Shown in pieces: positions 26,446 to 38,500 of a stretch of DNA of 64,000 nt. The position numbers and the translations under genes are program-made. The notes under the pieces were generated by a model. The model searched no databases. It saw only the letters and a list, made by a program, of their open reading frames with translations, and was not told where the DNA came from. Source of the DNA: Hydrolagus affinis (lineage: Eukaryota); the NCBI GenBank assembly GCA_012026655.1, contig JAAILG010001579.1, positions 1 through 64,000 on the forward strand. Reading direction: 5' to 3'. The first letter of the stretch is position 1. Every line of letters starts with the position of its first letter.

Positions 26446-26727
26446 AAAATTGATTTTATGCTAAACCTAAAAACATTAAAATTACTACGCTAAAGCAGTC
26501 AAGAACATGTACTCACAAATGTTTATTTTTTAGCACAGCTTGATGTATAGTATTTCAAAAATGGCTCAGTTTCAAAACATGTAATTCAATCAAAAGGCCT
26601 TTTCATTTTAAACCAAATGTTGCTTCAAGTGAGTTTTCTTGATCTTAAGCAATCCTAGCAATGTATTAGGAGGCATTCACTGAGGCTGGAGGACAAGATG
26701 AATTGTTAGAAAAGCATTGAACAATGT

Positions 26728-26863
26728 TTCAGCGCCTTGCGATTCAGCGCCTTGGGACGTCCTCCGACGTGAAAGGCGTTCGATAATGTAATTTTTATGT
26801 TTTTGTTGTGATGTCCTTCAGATGTGAAAGGCGCTCTAAAAATGTAATTTTGTTGTTGTTGTT
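26728..26863 (+). mobile_element. Tandem pair of L2-type tails ending in (GTT)n
   Basis: agcgccttgggacgtcctccgacgtgaaaggcg...aatgtaattt, then gatgtccttcagatgtgaaaggcgctc...aatgtaattttgttgttgttgtt. Confidence 0.7.
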
Positions 26864-28724
26864 CAACATTTGCTTTTCACTATATCCCTCTGCTAATGCA
26901 ACCTACCATCTTATTTGTCTCTTTTACTGCTTCAAAGAACTGGGCTGACTGTTGCAGTCGTTTACCTTTACAAACACTCTTTCCTGATCAGCATACTGTA
27001 CAACTGTCCCCCCTTTTGTTCCTTCATTCTATTCTAATTATTAAATGCTTATTCACATTGAACTGCATCCGCTATTTTTCAGCATAGCCGACAAAAAGAG
27101 AGAGTAAACACAAGATACCTTTGCAACTTCAACAGTTTCAGCATCTCCTTTCCCATAATCTGTAAGTAAAATAAATTATTTTGCCATTTAATATGGTGCC
27201 TTATCAAACTGCCGAAACATCTTAAAGTGTTTGATGGAAATGTACTGTAAAGTACTATGTATGTCTAAACGAACTAGTTGCTAACCAAGCAAGAGAAATG
27301 GGGAAGAAAATGTCATACTTGCAAGTTAGAAAGAGTTAACTGGAATAATAAGCATTTTTCCTGATGTTACTGGAGCTTTTCCATGTGTCAGACTCAGAGG
27401 TATGCGTTTTTTCAGGATCAATTTGCACACACATGCCAGTCAGACAATCCTGTTTTGTGAGCTAATGACATTTCCTAGTGGAACTGCCTGTATTGATTGG
27501 CATTCTCCCCGTGTTCTGAAAATGTTCCACGTCTAATCTCTGGTTTTGAATTTCACATTTCTGTGCTTTTAAAATGCTTTACAGATTATTTTTGAAAAAT
27601 GTAAACAAATAAAAAAAGTTAATACAGTAAATTGAAATTGTGGCTTTTGTAATAATGTGGAAATAATCTTTGTTTTATATCTCAGATCTCGGCTGAACTG
27701 CCAAATGGAATTCTTTATGCTGTGTTTCAATCAGTATCACTGAATGAACTGAATGAACTGAATGTACATGGATAACTTGTGAGCCAATTGAATTTGGAAC
27801 ATTGATTCATTTTGTTACTATTTCTCTGGTGACCTACTCTAGAGACACAGGTAAATGCCAGTCTTGCCAGCTTTGGGTTTTCAATCTGTTTCAACTAAAT
27901 GTACATCTAACGTAGCACACCACCGTCACAATGGGCAGAATGGCCTTATTTTGTGCTGAATTTTCTGTGCTTTTATGTTTCTACATCTACCTGTTATTGA
28001 TAACAGTCACGGTGAAATTGACAGCACTTTTCCGGCATCTCAGCAGGAGGGATGCATGTTGTAATAAGTGACCCATGAGGAGTTAAAATGGGAGGGGAAA
28101 AAGAATATTGTTCCCCCATGTTATAATTCGGAAGTTTCCCTCTCTGACTGAACTAACTCATCTCATAACCAGCGATGTATCATCAAATGTAATAGGCCAG
28201 TTGTTGTATTTGACCTTGAATACAACCCTAGATTGTCATACTCTGTATTACTTGGTTTTGTCTGTTAAATGGAGGTCTCGCATCTGCTACTTTAAAGCAT
28301 GGTCAGGTAAGCATTAAATATGATTGATCATTTGAAAAAGAGATAAACATTTCGCTGTTGTAAGTCAATGTGTTCCTAATTTTGACGTTGTCAAGGAATC
28401 AACTTTTAATTTCAAAGCCAATTTGCCAGCAAACCTGTTCATATTTAGTGAGACATGCTGTTTTAACTGGAATGCAAGAATCTCCTGTATGAAATAAAAA
28501 GCACAGTGGAAACATCACCTGCATCAAACAATGTAATTAATATATATGACCTTAAGTAAGCATTGTGTAATGGATATTGTGCATTACCTTGACAAGGTTT
28601 TAGGGTTGGCAGATTTCACCAAGTCCAAAACCATAAAATGGACAGGGCAATGAAATCATGACTTGAGTTTGTTTCCTTTTCTGCATCCGAGATTCATTGA
28701 AAACAATAATATGTAATGTTTGCG

Positions 28725-29187
28725 CAACAACAATAACACAACTTGGATTTATATAGCGCCCTCCACACCAGACGGCATCTGAGAGTGCTTCACAATAATG
28801 GATCCCAGGGCCGAGCCAGTGGGAGGGGGAAAAAGGTGACTAAAAGCGCAGTTGAAAAGAAAGGTCTTTAGGCATGACCTGAAAATAGGAAAAGAGGGGG
28901 CGAGGCAAAGGCAGTGAGGAAGGTTCTAGAGACTTGGGGCGTAGTGGCTGAAGGCATGGCCTCCGACGGTAGAACAGAGGATTCAGGGAACAAGGAGGAG
29001 GTCAGACCTGGTAGAACGAAGGCAACGGGTGCTGTTGTGAGGAGAGAGGAGGTCAGAGAGGTAGGCGGGTGCAGAGGAGTGGAGGGATTTGAAAACAAAA
29101 GTGAAGCTCTTGAAATCAATCCGCTCCAAGACAGGGAGCCAGTGAAGTCTGGCAAGGACTGGAGTAATTGGGGAGCGAAGTTTGGTT
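28725..29187 (-). mobile_element. L2-clade LINE 3' fragment (ORF2 C-terminus + tail), degenerate
   Basis: - strand translation SPITPVLARLHWLPVLERIDFKSFTFVFKSLHSSAPAYLSDLL...LRS...LLLVP*...GGHAFSHYAPSL*N has the typical L2 ORF2 C-terminal motifs; in-frame stops; (GTT)n tail. Confidence 0.9.
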
Positions 29188-32100
29188 CACAAGAGTCACA
29201 GAAGTAAATCGAGAAAAACAGTAACTTATTACTTTAAAAACAAAGTAATTTCAGTAGCCAGTTTACATGTGAAACATTCCTGAAATAGATTATTAAAACA
29301 ATCCAAATGAAATTTTAGATGGGGCGTAAACTGATCTTCCCCTCTGTCGATGTAATTGTTTAATACTGTACATACAAAAAGGGGATATACCAAAGGAAGT
29401 GTATATAGATGCATTGTTTGCTTACAATGTTCAATTTTATTGGTAGGTTGTATCATAACTGGATAGAATATAACTTTATTTTATGCAAGTACACATTTTG
29501 CAATTTGATCACTTGAATTATGATTTATTCGTATAATACAGTATGAAATCATTCCTGACATATGGGCCAATGATATTACTTTAGGCAAGCATGAGCTGTG
29601 AGTGTTTTAGTCACTGGTATTTTGCTCAAGTGTTGATTCCTTCCTCTTGGTTGATCTGTGAATGCTGCCAGGTTATGTAACAATGGGGACATCACATCTG
29701 ATTGTATGTGATTCCCTACTTGTACTGTACTGGACCCTGGTATTGTACATTAATGATCATGAATCAGCGGATGATTTACTGGAACACTCGCTAGTAGAAT
29801 TTTCCAGGTCTCAGCACAAATAGGATACAACAACAATAAATTTATAAAGCACCTCTCACACTGAGAGGACCTCCCAAGGCCCTGAACAGTCAATTAGCTT
29901 ACTATCTTTTATATTGAAACATGTTGTCACTTTCCCCTTTTTGTTATGGAATTGTTTAGATTTGGTAACAGGCATAAATCAAATATATATTTTATAACCC
30001 TGGATATGTTCACTGCTTTAATGATGATGAAGTTAATTTAGCTGCTAACTTACTTTATGTTGCTATTTCATTTCTATCTCATTCCGAGGGCTTTCTAGGT
30101 GGCCCCATATATAACCAGATGAACCACTGTAATAAAACACAAACATAATAAAATGAAAACATACATACCGCTTTCCTTTGGGAGGGGAATAAGGCCCAGA
30201 TGTGGCCTTAACACCTCCTTTGAATACACAGGAAGTTTCCCCGTGGAAATGGTACATGCAGTTTCTGAACACAAATTATTCTTCAATTTAGCAGCAATAT
30301 CGAAAGTTTCTAGACTAACCTAGAAACCTTTCTACATGACACTCCAGGTTTAGGATGTTATAAGTATTAGTTTGATCACAAATAGATTAATATGATTAAA
30401 TTACAAAGCAGTATCAAAATGGGACATCTGAAGTAATTTATCAATGTGCAATGAAAGCTGTAGCAATATGGAAATCTGTTATGAATCCTGAGATTAGTAC
30501 CCACTTCTAGTACCCACTGTTATTTTGCTCCCATGTAACACAATACTTGTCAGGATAATGGACTGGGATTGAACTGATTCCAAGACGACATGTCAAGTAG
30601 AGAACAGAACTGAATCTATGGTGAGTTAAATTTATTGTGGACATGGGGGTCCAACACTAATTCTGCAGTAATTCAAGCTATAATTGATCAACCTGCCTGA
30701 CTGGTGAATGGTACTTGAGGCAGTAGAGGTGCCATTTGGAGGAGCCTATATTTTTCTATTCAGTGTCTGACATCCTGGCAAGGTACTATCCACTAGACAA
30801 ACAGGAAGGAATACGAAGCATATCAGTACCTCATATTAGAATCCTGCTTGGTTATGTAGTACTTCTCACCAATAGTTACTGCATACCTTAAAGAGTTGAC
30901 AACTGACTTTGATCCCTTCAAATTAGATTATACTTGAACTCAGTTTTCCAAAGTTCAAAGTTACCATCCACTCCCTCATTTATTTAACCTTTTATGCTCA
31001 ATCTCATGACCTTGCACTTTTATAATCACAAAATTGCTTCTATTTAGCTCTAAACATCTTCAAAGCTAACGGCCAAGAATCTAAGCATTGTAGGCCAGAG
31101 GGTGTTCGCTTAACTTATTTTAAAGTCACTGAAACGATTAAATATAATGACCCGTTATGATCAAATCCAGAGCAACAGAAACCTGACATGTATTCCTTGG
31201 GTCACACAGCAAAATCGGTTAAGTGGAACACAACGCAAAGCAGCAACAAGAAAAGTAAATGGTTAAAATAAAATGTTGTGCAATGGTAACAATTTTCAGA
31301 TGCCCCATGAATAAATACAACAGCTAAATTTCACTTACTAAAAACAAATAACATTTGGGATTTGGATGAGGGAATGTCCACCCTCGTGACAAATGGTGTC
31401 GGTTGTCAAGTAATTATATGAAATTCACTCAGGAGTTCAGTTCTAGCTATTTGTCTTCTACTTTTTCTGAACGTTAAGTTACGATTTCACGTATTTTCCC
31501 CCCAATGAAGTCACACCTGCAAGTTGTCGGCAGCCAGATTAATGGGTTTTGAATGTGTTTTTCCTGAACACGGTTGCAAGTAAGATGGAGCGAGGTTCAT
31601 TGCTGGGTGTTGGAGGGCAGGCTGTATTTCACAATGTGAAGGAACATCTTCCTTCACAGATGTTACTTTCATTATTTCCATGTGATAACGAATACGGATA
31701 CCAGATACCCGACAAGCCATAAACCTTGAACAAATGGGTGCATATTTGCGGTTGCAGGCAGCAAATGGGGACTGGGAGGTGTTGGTGGGGGGTGGGGGGT
31801 GGGGGGGTGAAACAAACTTTTTTTAATGTGATTTGGGTGACAGATAAATCTAATTTCTTCTAATTAGACCCCCCTTGAATATATTACTCAGTGTGTTCAT
31901 TCACGTTGAACATACAGTTTGTGTTTGTGTAATACAGTTTTAGTAAGTTGGGAGAAACTGAAAAGCTGCAGCCCACCCACTATGTTAAGTTTTTGTTAAT
32001 ACTTTACAGAAACTAAATCCAGACATAGACCTTTTGTGTCAACAAACATGCTATCCTACTATGGCAGTCAGAAGACACGTTGCCGTCTAATGAAACAGTC

Positions 32101-34120
32101 CTGAACATATCCACCTTACCCAGCCATTCATGTAAAATGTGAACAGAGCAGAAAGTCCATCATACACCTATCCCCCCCACCACACCCTGCCCGTTCAGCT
32201 CAGTCAATGGGTAAAGCTGCCAATGGTAATAGGATTTAGTTGTTTGACAAAGTGTGTGTGTTGGGGGGAGGGGGTGGGGGGGTGGGGGGGAACCATCAGA
32301 TGTCTCATCAGCTCAGTTGACATCATTGCTCGAAAATTTCTGAATTAATTTGACCCCTGCAGTGCACATGGATCCAATATTATCCACTTGATCTAACAAA
32401 AATCAACAGGCTTCAGGTTCATCTTTGCTTCTTGCCTCCTGTGAAAAATATCGAAATGCAATCCAATCTTAATAAATAGTTGTTCATCAGTTCCCGAGTC
32501 GGAATTTCTGAAAGGTATGGTACAGATTACCCACACAATAGATAGTCTGCCTCAAATAATGGGCAACTTCATGGGTTTGAGACTCCTGAGCATTTAATAA
32601 CTGTTCTTTGCGAATTATTCCCGCATTAGCGAAAGGTAGAATTAAATGTAGGTACAGGATCAAGTTTCATTTGCAAACGTAGGTCGGTGATTTCTCCACA
32701 AGAACAGTCTGTACAGATTCAATTCTCCAAATTAATTGAATTCTCCCAATTAAATCTGGGCAGAGATGCTGCTAATAATGTTTAAAAGCATAACTGATTC
32801 CAGAATACACATTGAACATTGTATCCCACTACTGAATGCACACTTTGTAGGATTGAACACTCGGCACTTCCTACAATTTAATTTTTAAAATATTTCAATT
32901 GGAATCTATTAAAGTTAATATTGTTTTTATGGGATTATTGACAGGTTAGTCACTGAGCTAAACCAGCTAATCCCACTCTTCAAATCCAGCAAATCTCGTC
33001 AAACTAAATCGCTGAGCAAATTGAACAGGTGTATTGTGTAGCTATAAGTGTATCCATCTTCAGGATATGTTAAATTACAGAATGAAAATGCTTAAAAGTA
33101 AAAATATTAAGTCAGGTTTAACTCCGTGAAAATATTCTGCACAAACAATACAAAAGATACAGTATTTATCTTATTATCTTTCCCCACCAAACGACGTAGT
33201 GTTCTACATATTTAAATGAAAATACAGTCTTAGTCTTCGTTTTATCAGTGAAGATTGTCATGGCAGTATTAAAAATATAGTCAATGTGTAGACTTGTAAT
33301 TAGATCTCAATTATAACATGATTAAGGAGTCACCATTTCTGTTTATTTGCCGACTTTCATGGACATAGGTCAAAGCCCCATCTTATGAATTCACTGGGAA
33401 TCATAAATAACAAAAAAACGTTTGGGATCCATTCCTTGTATTTTTTTCATTTAGAATATGCAATTTTCGTCATTTTTAACTCTCCCTCCCCTTCCCCAAT
33501 TAAATCAATTTCATCATCCAGGTGTAACATTTCACATTAAGCGTGGGTGTAATATTGTGCGCATACATATTTTATTGCCAACTGAGTTTAGAGCTAGTGG
33601 GTTATCAAGACAGTTCCTGTCTGTTTGTGTAGTGACAGTATTAATTGGGTACTGTAAGTTAATACAGATAAGTGAGGCGCTGATGTTGGATTCCTATACT
33701 GGTTGGCAAATACTGGTGTTTGCAGCAACCTTCAATTGCTGTGAGAAATCTACAATGTTTTTCAACTAAAATTTTGCTCAATGTATTAACAACAGAAAAG
33801 CCTATCGTGCCTTTTAAAGCTGCAGAACCACGAACGGCAGGATGCTGGTAAATGTGCACAGCTCTCAGATTTATTTTTGGTGAGGGTGGGAGGGGTGGGG
33901 GTGGGGGTGGATGAATTTTCAAATAAGTCTCAATTCAATCCCTATGTTTAACAATAAAATGAAGATTATATTGTGACAGGAGTTGTCAGAGCGTGTGCTG
34001 TTCCTTCAATGTGACAGAGTCAACCTGCAGACCTGTGGACAGTTAGTTGCCTGAATGAGGTAACCGAGGTACAGGGTTCTGTGTACGAGTACAATTACTG
34101 AAACTCAAGACACAATGTAT

Positions 34121-34126
34121 TTTATT
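34121..34126 (-). terminator. Candidate TBX22 polyadenylation signal
   Basis: AATAAA on the - strand followed by a GU/U-rich tract (ttgtgtcttgagtttc); another AATAAA at 34575-34580 lacks such a tract. Confidence 0.45.
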
Positions 34127-34908
34127 TACGGCAAAGGTTAACAAAGAAGTGGATTAGGAAAAGGACTATTCAACCCTGAGTATTTTTGTTAGATTCAAAC
34201 ACCGCACTCACTGACCTGTGCTTCCTTTAGAACCGATTAACTCCCACCCCAGTCTAACTTTGTGATTGCATCTCACTCGCTTGTTGAGTCAGAATCCACA
34301 GCGAAACTGGGACAACCTTAGTGTTCAACTTTTATGGATTTACGTGGCTTTTTTGCCCTCCCCCCCTCCCCCCCCCTCCCCACCCCCACAGACAAAAAAA
34401 AACGAATTATTGCAGGAATAGAGCATTCAATCGAAGTGTTTACACCAGTTTTTTTTTACAGACCTTGGCATTGTTTGAGAATCTGATGTCACTTCGATTA
34501 GTTGTATTTTGTGTAAACTGATATTGCAAACTCGGGAGTGGGGCCGCATTAGTGGGTTTTTAACGTGTGGGTTTTTTATTGCTAGTTCTCTTCTGCATAA
34601 AGTCTTTTTTAAAAAAAAAAGTAAAATTACACACAAAACTCTGCTATTTACACTGATATTGGTAGCCTAACGAAGTTCAGATGCGTGGCTCGCCACCAAG
34701 AGCTCGCTGTACTTTATAACACCTTCGCTTTGTCTCAAATCAGTTCTACATCCAGTGCTCACAGATACTCAATGGACATTTCCTGCGGCAAGTTTCACGC
34801 CTCCACCAATGTGCTGTACACGGCCTTCAATGTTCTCTGTTTCCAAACGGATCATTGGCTCCCAATCTCAAAGTTTCGAAAGTCCTTTCAATGAAATGCG
34901 ATTGTAAG

Positions 34909-35540
34909 TTAGAGGTTGGGGTTGGCTGCCGGCTGCCAGTGAACCTTTCCAACTCCCAAAGTCCTCTCAGTCACTGGCGAGCTGGCGTTTGGCGCTAGAC
35001 CGTTTTGAGCGATCAACTTGAATGGATTGGTCGCCAGTCTGGAAGTCGCGGCCAAGCTGTAGCCGTATAACCCGTGAGGGCGACGCACGGAAAAATTGTA
35101 CAGGTCTTGGGACATCGGATTCTCTTGAGAAATTGTGCTTCGAGGCGGCACGATTTGGAGCTGGGAAACGTTAGCGTGAGGCGCCTGTAGCCCGTGTCCG
35201 TTGCCGTCTCCGGCTTTCGTAGTCAGTGCGTTCAGCGAAGACAAATAGGGCAAGCGGAACATGAGAGATGGGGACCCCTGGGTGGCGAAGATGTCCGACG
35301 GTGAAGCGTTGACTCTCACCCTGTCATAGGGCGGGCAGGCAAACCGCTGGGGGACCATGTTTCTGCCGGAGGTGTAACACACGGGGAAGTCCACGTTGTA
35401 CAGGTGAGCGTCTCGACAGCTCATCCCCAGAGCGTTCGTGGTCACATGAAACAGGGGCGGGGAGCAGGAGGGAGAGATCACCGAGGTCAGGGAGCACGGC
35501 GTCTCCGTGTAGGCGACTCGCGAGGAGTCCGAACACCTGC
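34909..35540 (-). CDS. TBX22: TBX22 terminal coding exon
   Basis: ttccag|GC AGG TGT...; in frame with the 190-aa ORF 34909-35481 ([12 protein letters not shown]...AANPNL*). Confidence 0.9.
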
Positions 35541-38500
35541 CTGGAAGTGAAAATCCTACATTAAGTTAGGTTTGTGTGGGGGGGGGAACTCTACAACCCG
35601 GAGACTGTAACCGCGTGGAGATATCGAGGGCTGAAACAAGAACAGGGGAAAGTTCGCTGGGGAAACTCAGCGGGTCAGGCAGCATCCATGGAGAGAGGAA
35701 AAGTGAGTCAGCGTGTCGGGTCCACGACCCTTCTGACGAAACGTTGACTCATTTTCCTTTCTCCATGGATGCTGCCTGACCCGCTGAGTGTCCCCAGCGA
35801 CTTGTGTTTTTTTGTTTCAGACGCCCGGCATCTGTAGTGTTTTATTTTAGATAAAACAAAAGGGCTGTCTGTGCCCACCAAGCCTGCGTCGGGGGTGTTA
35901 GTGCATTGTTAAACGAGGACTTGCTTTCAGATTGGACATAACAACAACAACAACCACAAAATTACACTTGTATAGCGCCATTCACGTCGGGAGGGCGTCC
36001 CAAGGCGCTGGACAGTCACTGCCTCAGACCTCAGCTGAGGACGGGGTGGGGGGATTAGGAGTTGCCGATGGGTCCATCGAAGAGGAGAGTTTTGAGGGGA
36101 GACTTGAAGGAGGCCAGACATAAGTGTTTAGTTTGCTAATAATGGCTGTTTGGTGTAGGTGTGATTGTTATACTGTATTCAGTTGTTGTGAGAGTCTCAC
36201 GTACCTCTAGTGTGTATATTAAAAGCCTGGAAATCCAGTGTTGGTATCGCAGCTCTCCAAGGATAGCCGTCTAGGACTCCTTCCAAACTCACCCTGTGTG
36301 CAATACAATCTTATTTTAGTGATGGCTTTAATAATCGCATTTTTTTTCTGAAGAAAAATCAAACCGAATTAAGATGATACATTTGACAAGCTTTCATTCT
36401 GTCGGCGTTTCTAACAGTAACTTTTTTCTAAAAAAAAATTACTGACTGCATTTAACGAAATGAAAACCATCTCAAGACAATTGTGATTTGCACAGGCAAT
36501 AGTTAAAGGAGTGTTGTGTGTAAATGTGCCTTGACGCTGGTGTGAAAACTTTGTGAACCCAAATATTTGCAACAACCTGATGAATGATTACAATCGGCCT
36601 GGTGTGGGTGTGGAACAGTTGTAAAGAAAGTACCTGTTTCTGCCAGGGTCCCTGAATCCTTTCGCAAAGGGATTTCTGTCGATTTTCAACCTCGTAATCT
36701 ACGAACGAGAGGAAATCCGAAGCTCCAAATAAAACCAAGAAGGCTCACGTTATACGAAACACTAATGATTTATGAGGGTTAGTCAGTCCCGCGGAATGTA
36801 ATGGCGAGAGCTAAAGCTACCAGAGGCTAGGTACGACTGTGGAGGGGTTACTTTGAGAATCCAAGTGATTTAACAGCAGAGTAAATACTTAGTGACAATG
36901 ATAATCAATCCATTGCTTCACAAAACGACGACTACCTTTGAAAGAGCGACGAATATTTAACATTAAGGGTGACAAACACACACACTGGAGGGGAGGGGGT
37001 GAGGGAGACTGTTCTGTGACAAACTTTAATATCAATTGGGAGAGAGTCAACTTGTGTTTTAATATTAAGGGGGGGTTGGACCTCGGTTGGGGGTGGGGGG
37101 GGTCGTGGGTGGGGGGGGGGGGGGGTGAGTGTGACTCTTGGAATCTGTGATTTGCTGCTGGTGTTGTTGTTACTACGGTACCTGTTGGTTCTGGTAAGCT
37201 GTCACCGTCGTGAATTCGGTCTCCGGGAAAGCGAACGTTTGTACTCCATCTGCCGGGAGAGGCTGATTTACCGACAGGTTAACATCCGCCTGCTTCAGGA
37301 TCACATGAAGCCGCGGTTTATACTTGTGCATGGATTGCAGAATAATCTGGAGGGGAAAGGAAACAGGGACTTCACCTAATCTCTCGTGTTTATCAAAGTT
37401 ATGTGTGTATATATATATATTATATATATACACACACACGTTTGAAATGAATTAACATAATAATAAATAGATCAATTCGTAATGAAATCTGAGAAAATGG
37501 GACAACTAATTGACACCAATAACGTCCCATCAATAATCGGACGCATAACCAATGAGTCTGTCTGGTTTAATCTGTTCAGTTTATATTTGATTATACACCT
37601 GGAAGGCCGAGATATGTGTTTCAAATAAGCCAGTGACTGGTGGAAAGAGATCTGTTCCTCTATGAGATTGATGTGGTGCCCAGATCAAACAAATCCTGAT
37701 GTCGCCGTCTAAACACATATAACGATTAATTGGAATTTTAACCGACGGGAGGATTCACATTAACACATTAGTCTGCCCAGGCACACATAATTTCAAGTGT
37801 CGCTCGTGGTTTCAGATTCAAACCAAGCGGCCACATTTACTGGGTCGTTTACTGAACAATGTTCTTCAAAGCAAAGCATCGGCAGCAATTTAGTTACACA
37901 CGCTGGTGTCAAAGGGTTAATTGTGGCAAATAGATAAATCAATCAATCAATCAATCAATGAATCCTATTTTGTTTTCTTTCGGTGAGTTCGACTTGTATT
38001 GTTGCTAAGATCACGTTTTTGTTAATAAAAAAAACAGAACGAATGCCTACATGTCCCTTATCATCCATGTCGTTGTTGGTGAGTTTCACTCGGTCGAAAC
38101 TGACGACCTGTTTCATCCAGGTTTCCCCTGAAGCAGGAGAGTCCGGGTGTACATAGAGCCTGGGGCTGAGAGACGCTTGTTCAGTGTTACCAGCCACCAT
38201 CCACTGAGAGCTGTGATACACGTACCTGCCAACGCCAAACAACAAGTCAGTGAGTCAACAAGCTTCTTAATTCACTGGGAATTCAAGCGGTTGGGAGGGT
38301 GGAGAAGAGAGAGAGAGAGAGCTACATAAAGCCCAAATCTTGAGAGGGTGTGTGTGTGTGAGGCTGGGCTGTCACGTTTAGTTTTTTTTTCAGTCGTTCA
38401 ATCTGCTTTGTTTTGCCTTGAGGTATTCGCGACGACTTTATTTACATTGTTTGCAGCATTTCCGAGCTCTGTCACCTCGGCGGCAATTGGTTTATTTATA

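Noticed and set aside
27729-27764. Short tandem duplications (actgaatga x3; also 30495 tagtacccact x2 and 39308 tttaatggtat x2)
   Set aside because: Ordinary slippage products with no further structure.
28868-29207. 95-aa and 97-aa ORFs as genes
   Set aside because: Off-frame and antisense readings of a dead L2 ORF2 fragment with stops.
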